Below the pieces are notes generated by a model. That model did not search any database and was not told the DNA's origin. It worked only from the letters and a program-made list of their open reading frames with translations. DNA of 63,931 nucleotides, filler included, from Sphacelaria rigidula (taxonomy: Eukaryota): the NCBI GenBank assembly GCA_964200075.2. It is 8 parts of 8 records of this genome, joined end to end, with 100 filler letters (N's around TTAATTAATTAA, not from the genome) between each part and the next. Parts side by side here need not be neighbours in the genome. Positions count along the whole stretch, not along the records: positions 24,015 to 31,918 come from CAXNAA020013031.1; positions 32,019 to 39,922 come from CAXNAA020013032.1; 6 more parts are not named here. One strand, given 5' to 3'. Position numbers and translations under genes: made by a program. Positions 23,915 to 35,554 of the stretch are shown one piece after another. Each line of letters begins with the position of its first letter. Within the stretch, counting starts at the first letter, position 1.

Positions 23915-26771
23915 NNNNNNNNNNNNNNNNNNNNNNNNNNNNNNNNNNNNNNNNNNNNTTAATTAATTAANNNNNNNNNNNNNNNNNNNNNNNNNNNNNN
24001 NNNNNNNNNNNNNNCGAAAGGTGTAGACTGGTGCCCAGAATAAATGGGACGACAACACACAACACACACACACACACGAAGGAACCCAGTACCTACCCTG
24101 GGCGCATCGCTCCAACCCCTCGGGTGCACAAAAAATGCTCCATTCTGTGCAGTTGGGTTCCGGTATTCTCTGTGAGGTCTTCTCGTTGACGATAATCGAG
24201 GGACGATGATGAGTGCTTTCTGTTCAGCTACAGCATGACCTACAAACAACGCTTACGTCAAAGTCGCCCATGTACTGTCCTGTAATCGGATAATGTCGCT
24301 TTTAACCGTCAGCTCTCGTGTATCTTGGAACTCAATCCATTGAGCGTGGCGGTGCAAGCGCCCGAAACCCTTTCCCGTACATACACACAAACCAATCCAT
24401 ACCGTGTCAATTGCATGCCCCCTATTATCTACAGGTCCTTGTACCCGCTTACGCGATGAATCCAATCACGTAATGTCTGGTTCCTCTGCTTATCACCCTA
24501 CAAAATTGGGATGGTGTTTTTCTGAAGGTTGCAACATGGGTTTTAGGAGACCTTGACCGGGACTCTGGGTCTCGTCGGGAAGCTTACTCTTTTCCTCACA
24601 GCCCTCATATATCAACCTCTGCTGTCACGAACACATTTTGTATACAGCGATCTTCGAAAATCGGGAACAACTTGTGTACAAGGAGTGGACAATATCCTAG
24701 AATGCGTAACAGACAAAGCTGCAACGCTGGTTCATTGGGCGCGCAATTCAACACAGTGTATGCAAACGGGCACGACCAGTCTCGGCAACAACGAGCTGTG
24801 TTCTTTGAAAACATGCTCACCTCTTGCGCTTCATCTGCGCAGATGGCCACGAATACGGCGCTCTGAAGCGTTGACAAATGCCGAACGAACGAGACAGCGT
24901 AACATGGAGACGGTAAAAGTGAAAGAGGGGACGTGTGGGACAGAGGGGGATGGCGGAAGGAACGGGAGACGTGGGGGGGGGGGGGGGGGTCAAGACTCGT
25001 AGATATTTGGGTGGGGTGCTTGGGACCCTGCTGTAGTCTAGATGAAATGCAGCGTACTATACCGACATAGCCCCGTGGGCTTCAAGGAGCCGGTAGGGTC
25101 ATGATTTTAGAAACTTGCGAAACACGAACCGGGGGTTGTCTCACAAAATGCCAGACAATGAAAAGCAATTATTCCGTGAAAGAACAAAATGCTATTCAAC
25201 TATCGCCGAGGTAAAGGGACAGCCGAACCCTTCTGTCGATAAAAATTGAGGCCATCACCGCAGGAGGAAAATAAAAAAACACCCGCGTGACTTCTTCCTG
25301 TGTGACCCCAGCTGGTGCGCTCCCATACACCGGATGGTGTACAGCAGGCGTCGAGAATAAATGGGAGAAGAACATACACCAGTGCAATATACGTTTTCAG
25401 AGCATGATATTTGGGTTTGCCCAGCATTTTGGTTTTGTTGACAACTAGATACAATCATCAGTGCATGGAAACACTTCCTTTTGAAGAATGCGACAAAGTG
25501 GAGGGGTGGACGTATGTCGTCGAGAGAAACCTGTGAATTGTTCCCGTCGAAGTCCACAGGAAAGTTCACCAGTGTCACACATCCTGCAAACGAACCTGTC
25601 ATGCCTGACCACACTACCGGAAATAAATTCGAAGATGGACAATGTGGCGAAAACCCGTGAATTGGATGGTGTTGTTCCTGCTGATGCTACAGCACCAGCA
25701 TAAGCGGCCAACATATACACATTATGTAAAAGATGAAACAGAAACTATTACCTACTAGCTTTACGTGAATCATTCAAGGCACCACGCGCGGCTAATTTAC
25801 GTAAATGTAAACGCGATAATTTGTAAAAACGAACAACAGTATTTCAACACGGCTACACACACTACGTGCATCATACCCACCACCGTACCGAAACAGAGGA
25901 CCAAAATATCGAAGAAACGCATGAAGAGGCGCCTACGCACGAAGTCAGTCGAAACGATTGACAAGGACGCTCGGTAAGATTAAATAGATCCCAACCCATT
26001 CAGCAAACAAGAGACCGTCTGTTATCAAAAATACTCACGGAGCCGTTGCTGCTGACCAAATCAGACACTAGGTCATCTTGATCCACTTCACACAGGCTGC
26101 CCTCCACTCTCATCTGGAACTCTGTCACGGTATCGGTACAATAAACAAGAGATATATACATGAGCAAGACGAAACAAGGCGGGATGGGCAGAATGCGGTC
26201 ACTGACTTCTTCAAATGCCACCCTCTTGCTGCACCGAAACCTTTGAGAAAAACATTGACATCATGCGCAGCAGTGAAAGAACAAACCGAAAACAGAATGA
26301 GCCACGCACGCTAATGAGGAAACTTGCACTGGGGCACTTGATCATCATCCATTTTAAGGGCATTCACACATCTGTGGTTGGACATGCCCACTATCTTCGC
26401 TCGACGGGATCAGATACGATGTGCTGCTACTGCTGCTGCTGCTCTTGCTGCTCCCGTAAAATTCTCCCGAATGGAGAACGTGCTAGGTGCATTGCGAAAA
26501 ATGGAGAAAAATCGAAGCATAGAAACGGTGCACACACGGAGCTGGGCTAGCACGAAACTTGGCGCTCTCACCCCGTATTGCAATCGGCGGAGAGGACGAC
26601 CTCTGTCTCTTCCTCTCTCGCTCCTCCACATTCCTGAACGTTCAAAAGTAAGCAAGTAAATGCAGAAGCGGGATGGGGAAGAGCTTGAATGCAGCATCAA
26701 ATGGCCGCTCGTTTTTCTTACGCCATATTGAGAGTGTCGTAATGAAGTTTCAATGCCACTTATTGCAGATA

Positions 26772-27173
26772 CTCCCTCTGTCCCGCGAGTAAAGGTCCTT
26801 AACGATGTCTGATCGTTTGTTCGTTTTTTAATGAACTCTACGGTGTTTCTTGGGTTAAGAAAATGTCTTTAAAATTTGCAGCTCGTGCTTGAACCATGCC
26901 GCCGAACGCTCCCAGGAAGTCCCACGCGATTAGAAAAACTTCAAAAAAAGATTTCGACACTTTTTTCCCCTCGAAAAGGGGAAAAAAACGGCCCTTTTTG
27001 GACAGACTACTTTTTTTGCAGCCGTTCGGCGGCATGGTTCAAGCACGAGCTACAAATTTTACACACATTTCCTACACCCAAAAAACAACGTAGAGTTCAT
27101 TAAAAAAAAAACGGTCGAACATCGTTAAGGGCCCGTACAAATTTAGGTACCTTTACTTATGGGACAGAGGAAG
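26772..27173. mobile_element. Stowaway-like (Tc1/mariner-derived) foldback MITE
   Basis: The ends read TA|CTCCCTCTGTCCC...GGGACAGAGGAAG|TG. Long arms are clearly inverted, e.g. GCTCGTGCTTGAACCATGCCGCCGAACG / CGTTCGGCGGCATGGTTCAAGCACGAGC and TTAATGAACTCTACG / CGTAGAGTTCATTAA. Confidence 0.8.
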
Positions 27174-30100
27174 TGATGTTCAATTCCGTTCCCTCGAAGA
27201 CTGGAAACGCTGATTCATATTGACACCGTCTCTTCGAGGGACGACTACACAGGCCGATATAAAATACATCCACTGATCAGGATACCATCGACGACCAACA
27301 TATTCTACGTGAGTAGTGTTGGGGCGCGGTGGATTGTGCTTTGAAGAACTGCTTTACAGTATCCCACGGCACAGACAGCAGGACATCGTACACTGCCCCG
27401 TGCTACCGCATACGATTTACAGTGGTCAGGAACAACAACACAGCGTACTACATGCACTGCAGTGCAGCGCCGAGGTCCTCAACACGGCCACGAAAGTGTT
27501 TACCAAACAAATTGCTCTAGCGTGATCATGTGCCCCGAATACAAAGTCCCGACAATTGGCCACGGATCTACAAAGTAATATCGTCAGTCTTCGCTGGGTT
27601 TTCGCTTGACCTTCGTCTAGTTTTCAATTTTACGGTTTTGCACAAAACCTTGACTCGCACGTGCAGCATGTGTATAGCTGTGTGTCACATATCAACATGA
27701 GGTGTATAAAGGAATCCACCAACACCAAAGCCACATGCGACAAATCTACAACCTCAACAATGAAGACCCACCCATTTCCGAACAACACGCTACCGGACGG
27801 AAATAATGAGGCGCACTGAACTCTTGCTGCCAGTCTTGGCTCTGCGCCATTGCTCCTATACTGGTTGTACAACAGCAGTGTTTGCCAAGCTGTGGCTTAG
27901 ACGGATGTTTACCAGCCCTCCAGTTTCTGGCAGCGTGGACCCTTGCCGCGGATGAAAACATCGAGGTCATGCACTGCAAACATTGCGCAGTCCCCAACGT
28001 TCTTTAGGTGCGATATTGGTCTTGAACGATGGTTCGTAGCTAGTTGTGCGTGCCTGTAGAATTTCGGCTTGCTGAAATTCATGCAGCATTGTTACTCTTT
28101 GATCGTGTGTCGGAGGGGCACACAGTATTGGAAAATGACTTCTTGGATTGTACAAAAAGTAAGGCCATTTATTGTGGGGACGAATCCCGAATCTGTCAAG
28201 ACCCCAATCTCATCAAAATCGGGGTGACTTATACCTACAAAATTTAGATCTGTAGGGGCCACATTATGGCTTCACAGATTTGTTGGAATAGTTCTGCAAA
28301 CGGAGGGTCATTTTCTGCAGCGGTGTGATATTGCATACACAGTGAAGCTGAAGAGCAGGCACGCCGTTGATCATCCTTCAACAGCAGCGTCGCACCGTGA
28401 TACCTTAGGATATAATGCTATGTGGTACTCCCCACCATCACAGTACACGATAATGCCGTGCGGGAATACATGGTGGTACGGTCGGCATTGCGAGAAAAGT
28501 GAACAGAGTGCGATAATAGGTCACGAGCGTAGTGCCATTCATTATCCTGGCAAGTACAGGGGAAGCAGAGCGTTGAATAATAGAGTACCGTTCGCTGTGA
28601 TGATACATACAGCAGCGCAGTGCAGCCTAATATATTACCATCGCCGCAGGGTACGGCGACAACACTTATCATCTGCTTGTCAAACCCCGTGCGAAGATGC
28701 TCCAGCAGCTGGCGCGGGCGGGCACGGCCTGTGCTGTCACGAGACTACCTGCTGCTGCGGTTGCAAAAATATGAAACGCATGTTGCCCGATCACCGTTCG
28801 TCAACGTACGTACGTCACATCCTACAGATTCGGGGGACCTCGATTTCCCCCCGATCTGGGCTCAGATTCGGGAACAACCGTTCTCAAATCGTGACATCCC
28901 AATCTGAACTCCCCCAATTTGGGTCAAATTGGAGGCCATAGTAGACGTTTCCCGAGTTGAATTTCCCCGATCGGCGTACAGATCGAGATTGGTGCCCGCC
29001 ATAAAATATGATCTAACATCTATCTGAGCCGTGTTGGGACGGGTACCCATCGCTGGTTCGTGCGCTGTATTTGGTGAAATTGAGCCCAACTTCCTCGAGG
29101 ACATAGCTTCAGACACATACTACAACTGTGTAGCAGTCAATTGTTATTTTGTGCCCTGTCCACTTACTGTATTTGTTTCCATCGCTTTTTCTTGCGGTGG
29201 TGATAAAGGTAACACTAAATCGGGCGTAACGCTGGTATTCTCAGCACAGAAATCCTTGGGCGTCTGTCTCATGACCACGGCTGGGTCTCTCCCGGACCAG
29301 TTCAAGTGCGACAATCACTCAATCAATCAGTCAATCAATCACTCAAGAGTCAAACATTGCCGAGGTAATTCGTCGAACTCACTGCCAGCTGAACTGAGTA
29401 CCCGCGCCTCAAGGTTTCACACCGTGGGGAAGGAGGGGCTGCAAAGGAACCAACGATTCCGCGAGCGTGTTCGAGAGACATCCGTCAAAAATCACCAATT
29501 CGACTTCGCATCAACAAAAATTTACGCCAGCGTCTGCTTCCTATGGCAAACGCGATGCCATCTACTCTGAGACACAATATGCATGCGCGTGTCCACGACG
29601 CAGACAACAGTGTAGTATGGAATAGTGTAGCTGTTTTCAAGAACGGAAGAGGTCAGTAGCGGTCCTGTACAGTCAGTGCGTCAAGTGCAGAGAGTACACC
29701 ATAGCACAGAAAAGCGCGGGTGAGTAGTACAGTAGACCTGACTGTACTGAATTGTGTCGAGTGTATCGGATACTGTTTGTAGTACAGTTCACAATCCGCA
29801 TCACTTTCGGGTTCTGGATTATCTTTTTTGGTTCTTTGTCTCCCTCTCCTCACATCGGAGTTGGGAGCAGCAAATGTTGTAGGGCGCACTCAGAAGTAAT
29901 GAAAAACACACAAGCTGCTGTAAGATCAGGACCAAATAGCATCCTCATAATGTGGGCGAGAGGTATACCAAGGGTGCTTGCTCAATATATACAGCTGGGT
30001 TTCAGCCTTGTACAGATACACGACAACAGTGTTAAGACACAACAGACAACACCGTCCGTCGTTTATTCTACTGGTGGGAACTTTAGGCCGGCAACCCGCA

Positions 30101-30990
30101 CTACAAGACGAACGAACAAACAAACACAGTCCCACGACATATTTTGAACGGCCACTATTTACAAAACGCCCACGTCCAGCACACACCCGACTCATTCGCA
30201 ATGTCGCCCAAGGTAAAACGGCAGCAGTTCAACACAACCCTCCGTTAGCCCGCGAAACACTTTGAAGGTTCAGAACTACCAAAAGCAGAACTCTCAGCCT
30301 TAGAACTTCAACAGAAAATAGCCCCCCCACGCCCCGGGGTAACAGGTATCAGAGCCACTTTTTCGGCGTCCGAACACACAGCAGACGGTGTACTACCCCA
30401 TACAAAAAGTAACCTCTCTAAAGTCCCTCGCCTCTACCTCTGTACACACATGCGCATACGTGCCAACGACCAGGTTCAGAACCCCGACATCAGAACTCAC
30501 ACACAAGAACTTAGCCCACCCTTACCTTGCGAGCTGTACAACCGTGCTCAAAGGATCCGCGGGCACAACCAGCCGCCTGGTGTTCTCCTGATTGCTCCCA
30601 ATGTCCACACGCAGAGGTATTTTGGACGGCATGAAGTGGGGCGCTGCTTGCGATGGTGGAGGCGAACTTGCCGCGCAGGGGTGCGCTGGAGTCTCCATAT
30701 AGATTCCAGCTTGAGCTGTACAAGGGTGCGCTATTTTGTACGAGCGGACTCACCGACAAAGAACCTGCCCAGCTATCGGTGGGTGGTCTGTGACCATCAC
30801 TAAAATCAAGTCATCTTGAAATCGTTCACGAAACTCAAGTCATATTGAAGTTAATACTAAAACCAAATGAATCCATGAGACGTCTACATATTTGGTTTTT
30901 CTACATGTCACATTCGGTAAACATATGGACTACATCCCGTGAGTCACCGACCTCAACGTGATACCGAAATGATGGAAATTTCGACAATTT

Positions 30991-31340
30991 TGTCCGACGG
31001 GGTATAATACGAATACGGTATATAGCATCACCCGTTGGTTGCACGCGATGTATGCATAAGTTTATCCAGGAATATAGCGAGCCTTGTAGGGGTGGGAATA
31101 TCTCTCAGTTCGTGCACCATACAAGCGGGGCCAACCAACAGAGCGGGGATGGGCCAATAATATAGCCATCCAGCACGTAGCCTTCATCACGAAACCCCCC
31201 GTGGGCCACCCGCCTCCGCTGGCATATAATTTTGTCCTGGTTTGAGTGTGTTATAGTGTAGCCAAGCGATTAAGGGCCATATTTTATATAATCCAAGCCA
31301 TATTGTTTGCCACGTTAGACACGGTTTGGCGACGACCCGC
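30991..31340 (+). mobile_element. Candidate 5' LTR plus primer-binding site
   Basis: Imperfect inverted termini TGTCCGACGGGG...CCACGTTAGACA span 30991-31321. Five nt later comes TGGCGACGA, complementary to a tRNA 3' end (...UCGUCGCCA). No gag/pol was recognised downstream. Confidence 0.35.
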
Positions 31341-32899
31341 GGTGGTCTGGATTACCCTAGTACTGCAGGTTGAGAGGATGGCTGTAGTATGCTGACTGCG
31401 TGGTAAAATTACGTCGAGAATAGTGCAAGAGGCGCCGAACCATGCGAGATGCTTACACAGTCTCCTCTTTGGCTTGACTTCCGTCCTGCGCACGATTTAG
31501 TCGTAACTTTTTGGCTCGAAAAAAAAGTGGCGTCCTCTGGGGGGGGGTAGGGGAGTAGGGGTGTTGGTTAAGAAAAAACGTTTTTCGGACCGCCTTGGTC
31601 CCAACTCGGAAAGTTGAGAGATGCGTGCCTATATTTGCAGATACTACTGCGATATCGTTCCGCATGCAAACTTACATACAGTACGAGTACAGGAGGGGAA
31701 GTGTTTGGCTATCGCTTTCGAACTGTACTGGATCACAGAATAGTCAGTGACCCCGACATCCCGTTCTTTTCTCGCATCGAGGTCCAGGAGTTGGGTCAAA
31801 AAGTTGGAATCATTTACGATATACTATAGTAGTCAGCATCAGAACTTTTCAGAATTCGTGGTTGTTATTTTTCTGAGTTCTTCTGGAGTACCGTTATTCA
31901 CTACTACTTGAAAGTGCTNNNNNNNNNNNNNNNNNNNNNNNNNNNNNNNNNNNNNNNNNNNNTTAATTAATTAANNNNNNNNNNNNNNNNNNNNNNNNNN
32001 NNNNNNNNNNNNNNNNNNTCCTGATCCCCCCCCCCCCCCCCCTCTCTGGATCGTCGTCATTGCTGTGTTATGTGGGCTTTGTTGGTCTCCCGTCACAGTG
32101 GATAGTATATGTAGACTAGTGGAGGTTCCAGTGTACAGGGAAGATTTACCACAAGAGGGTGTTTTAGCCACGGGTATACCCAGCAGTTTCTGTGTCTGCT
32201 CAATTAAATACTTGTGGTCTAACAGGTTGATCAAAGCAGTACCAGGTAGGTGGGTAGTTGCTTCGTTGCGTCCACAATAACGGCACGAGCTTATGAAGGC
32301 GGCCGTTGATTTCTCTGTTCCCATCGATCAGCCCATATCTCCGCACCATGCGTACATTGACTGCGTGCTTCGCACCAAAGACCCTTCAACTAGAGTATGC
32401 CAAACCAAATACGTCAACAAGCAAGCCAACCAAATATAAGGTGAACTGGTTGCAAATTCATGACGCAAAAACGTTCGTACAGAAAATGACAAAAATTTCC
32501 CACTGAACATCACAAAACCACTGCCATTTTAGAACAGAGGAAGAAACAACACAATTATCCATGCACTTGACTCATATTTGGAAAAACAGCCACTCATGTC
32601 TTTGCCAAAATCCGAAAGAATTGATGGAATAAAAAAAGAAAAGTGAACAAACCCTCATGAGCCCAATTTTATTGTCCCTGTTCTTCTGCACGGATCTCAT
32701 GACCGCAATTATACTCTGCCACATACCCACACAGAACGCGAATATTGTATCACCACCTCCAGCTGAAACAGATACCGCCTCAACACACAAGGCAGCATTA
32801 GATACTCTGGCGCTCCTTTTGTCATAGTTCATGAGGCTGTGTGGAAAAACATTACAAAAGGGCGGAGGGGAAAAAGGTGGGATAGAGAAGTCGAGAAAG

Positions 32900-33576
32900 T
32901 ATGAAAGGAGATATCGGAAACCAAGACGAAATACTGTCCATAGGTGAACGCACGGGGTACAAGACAAGGAGTAAGAGACATGATGGTAATAGAGAAAAGG
33001 AGCGCTCAGACGCAAAGTAGACGAGGGAGAACACCTGAAGATATACGGGGGGTTGAGAGAGGGGATAAAGATGAAAACATGTTCGCATGGTCCAATGGAC
33101 GCGCCGAAAAAATTAAAACTGCGATTTCGGTTGGGGAACCTGGTCCTGCCAGAAAGAAGGAAGAGATTTACACGTAGTCAAGAAGAGGAGGAATTAGATG
33201 CACAGGATTGCCCCGTGGCAAGGCAATGGCGAGCAGAAGTCATATGGTGGCAGAATGTGAACTATACAAAGAGGAGTGGGACGTGCTAAAGGGGGAAATG
33301 CGGGACGTGAAGGAAGGTGGCATGAAATGGTTTGATGCATTAGACGGTAGCAAAAAAACGATCGCTATACTAGAAGATAGATGGTGGCCACAAAAGATGG
33401 AACAGGTTGGGGATGAGATATGTAAAAGGTTTTCGTGCGATGAATGCAAGAAACGCAGTGAACACCGGAATGTTAAAGGTGTCTCTATTAGGAGTAGGAA
33501 CGGTGCTCCGTCTCGAAAGAGATGCATGGTCAATGGTCGAACGGCGAAGGCAGGCAACAAATGAGTACGCCCCCCT
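32900..33576 (+). mobile_element. 3' end of LINE ORF2 (family A), frameshifted
   Basis: The peptide reads HLKIYGGLREGIKMKT..HGPMDAPKKLKLRFRLGNLVLPERRKR...DCP/RGKAMASRSHMVAECELYKEE (degenerate C-terminal zinc knuckle)...DRWWPQ...CMVNGRTAKAGNK*. It is immediately followed by GTACGCCCCCC. Confidence 0.8.
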
Positions 33577-33939
33577 TCTCACTACAACAGGAACGGTGCC
33601 ACTATTAATACATACAGCAGAAATGAGATACTAGATCGGTCTGCGCATCGTGCGGTTGCTCTACCGCAACTCTTCTCGAAGGTGTGGATGGATTTTTAGA
33701 ACAGCGGGGGTGGGGCGGGATAGCCAAAATAACCACCCCGCACTCGTTTATTCGAAAATGGAGCCCAAGTATCCAGAGGAGAATCGAGAATCGAAACGCG
33801 GTACTCGAGACTGATTCCAACAGACGAGTATTGGCTTTTTCAGTCGGCGATTTCGCTTCGCAGAATCGCCGATTTGAATCGCGATGGTATCGGCAATTCA
33901 ACACAGTAGTACTGATCTCCGACATTGCGTCAAACCGTC

Positions 33940-34443
33940 CGGGGTTGGGGTCGCTGGTGCCGCGCCTCCACAACTGGAATATCCTGACGTAGAGGACGTC
34001 GTGGGACAGCGGGGGCGGGGTGAATCCGTCGACTTGCGTTCCCCCGCCGCCCCCGCGCCAGGATCGGCACTACTGCCGCCCGTCCCGCTTGATACGGGTA
34101 TGCCAACGGCACCGGGAGTCCCTGGTGCCGCCTCTACAACTTGAATGCCCCGATGTGGACGATGGCGCATCTCAGCGGGAGCGAGGTGAATCCGCAGACA
34201 AGACTTTCCCCCGCCGCCCCCGCGCCAGGATCGGCACCGCTGCCGCCCGTCCCGCTCGATGCGGGTTTGCCATGCGCACCGCCGATGCGGATAGCAAATC
34301 CGCATCGAATGGGATGAGCGGCAGCGGTGCCGATCCTGGTGCTTTCCTCTTGTCTGCGGATTGACTTCCCTCCCGCTGCGATGGGACGTCGTCCACGTCA
34401 AAATGTCCCAGCTGTGCAGGCAGCACCAGCGACTCCAACCCCT
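33940..34443. repeat. ~170-bp unit present as two direct copies and one inverted copy
   Basis: Units lie at ~33940-34113 (+), ~34114-34280 (+) and ~34290-34443 (-). They share CTGGTGC.GC, AATCCGCAGAC and CCAGGATCGGCAC..CTGCCGC blocks. Confidence 0.85.
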
Positions 34444-35219
34444 GTTCGGGCGCGGCAGGAGGGGTACACAAAATATAATAAAAAAAGAAACACGAACGTT
34501 CACGCAGGTGGCCACCGCTCGACCGTATAAGATCTTCTTACCAACGCCACTGAAAAAAAAAGGTGTTTTGTACCGCTGTGGACTGTGGCTACCTCTGAAG
34601 GTGTTGGTCGTCTATGAGTGTCTGCAGGTGCCGGGGCATGTCTTGTAATACCGAGCACGCGTTTCACGTTTCCAGGGATGGTACGTTACAACCGTTGGGC
34701 TTACATCTTACTGACATGATTTTTTTTTTGCGGCGCATTTGCGCTCGAAAAAAGCTACGGCCACTTCATACGGTCCGGTCAATGACGCTGGACAACGTTC
34801 GGGCGAATGAACTTTTACCGACAATTTTTTCTCGACGAAAATGCAGTTCAGCGGTGTCTGAACCCTTTTTGCTGTTACCCTGAAAGAAGTTTGGCGGGTT
34901 CACATGTTGATGTACTCATCATTTCTTTGGGAACGAAGCAGTGGCCGCAGCAGTGTCAGTTATCCACAGTGCTATGTACTGCCTCCACTACCCTGATCCA
35001 TGCTTGCTGAAAAACAAATAAAAAATAAAAAAGCTCCTGTGTTGACCTTCCTCCTGTGTGACCTCGGCTGATGCGCCCACATTTCCCGAAAGGGGAAGAC
35101 TGGCGCCCAGAATAAATGAGACGACAACACACACTGTAAGGGGGTTCGCTCTGCGAAACGCTCTGCGAAGTGCAATCGGGACGCTGATGGGTAGAAACTG
35201 TTTCACTTTTGCTACGAGA

Positions 35220-35344
35220 CTAACCCTTTCGGAACCCGTTGACGATTTCGATTTTTCAATCGGCATCATTTTCAGTCATTTTTAAGTCGAAATGATGCCG
35301 ATTCTTCAAAACCAAAATCATCAATGGATTCCAAAAGGATGAGT
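35220..35344. mobile_element. Palindromic MITE, piggyBac-like ends
   Basis: Left arm is CTAACCCTTTCGGAACCCGTTGACGATTT...AATCGGCATCATTT. Reverse complement of the right arm is CTCATCCTTTTGGAATCCATTGATGATTT...AATCGGCATCATTT. Confidence 0.6.
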
Positions 35345-35554
35345 AGCGTCCATTCACTGTTGTACCGCGCTATGAAAAGTGTGGGGGGAATGTGTCGAGG
35401 CCGGAAGGTCGAAATGCTGCTGTTCACATAGTAGCTGGATGTGCCTCAAACACTTGATGTTTTCGTAACACCAGGTTTTCCTCTCCTGCCCCCAAATTCC
35501 TCGCGCCTTGCCCATGCTGATTATATTTCGGTGGCTGCGTTGTAATGCTTGCAG

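Noticed and set aside
25445-30800. Scattered exon-like segments in contig 4 (e.g. ~26038-26120 and ~30527-30588 on the minus strand)
   Set aside because: Splice-like signals are present, but I could not join them into a recognisable or phase-supported protein.
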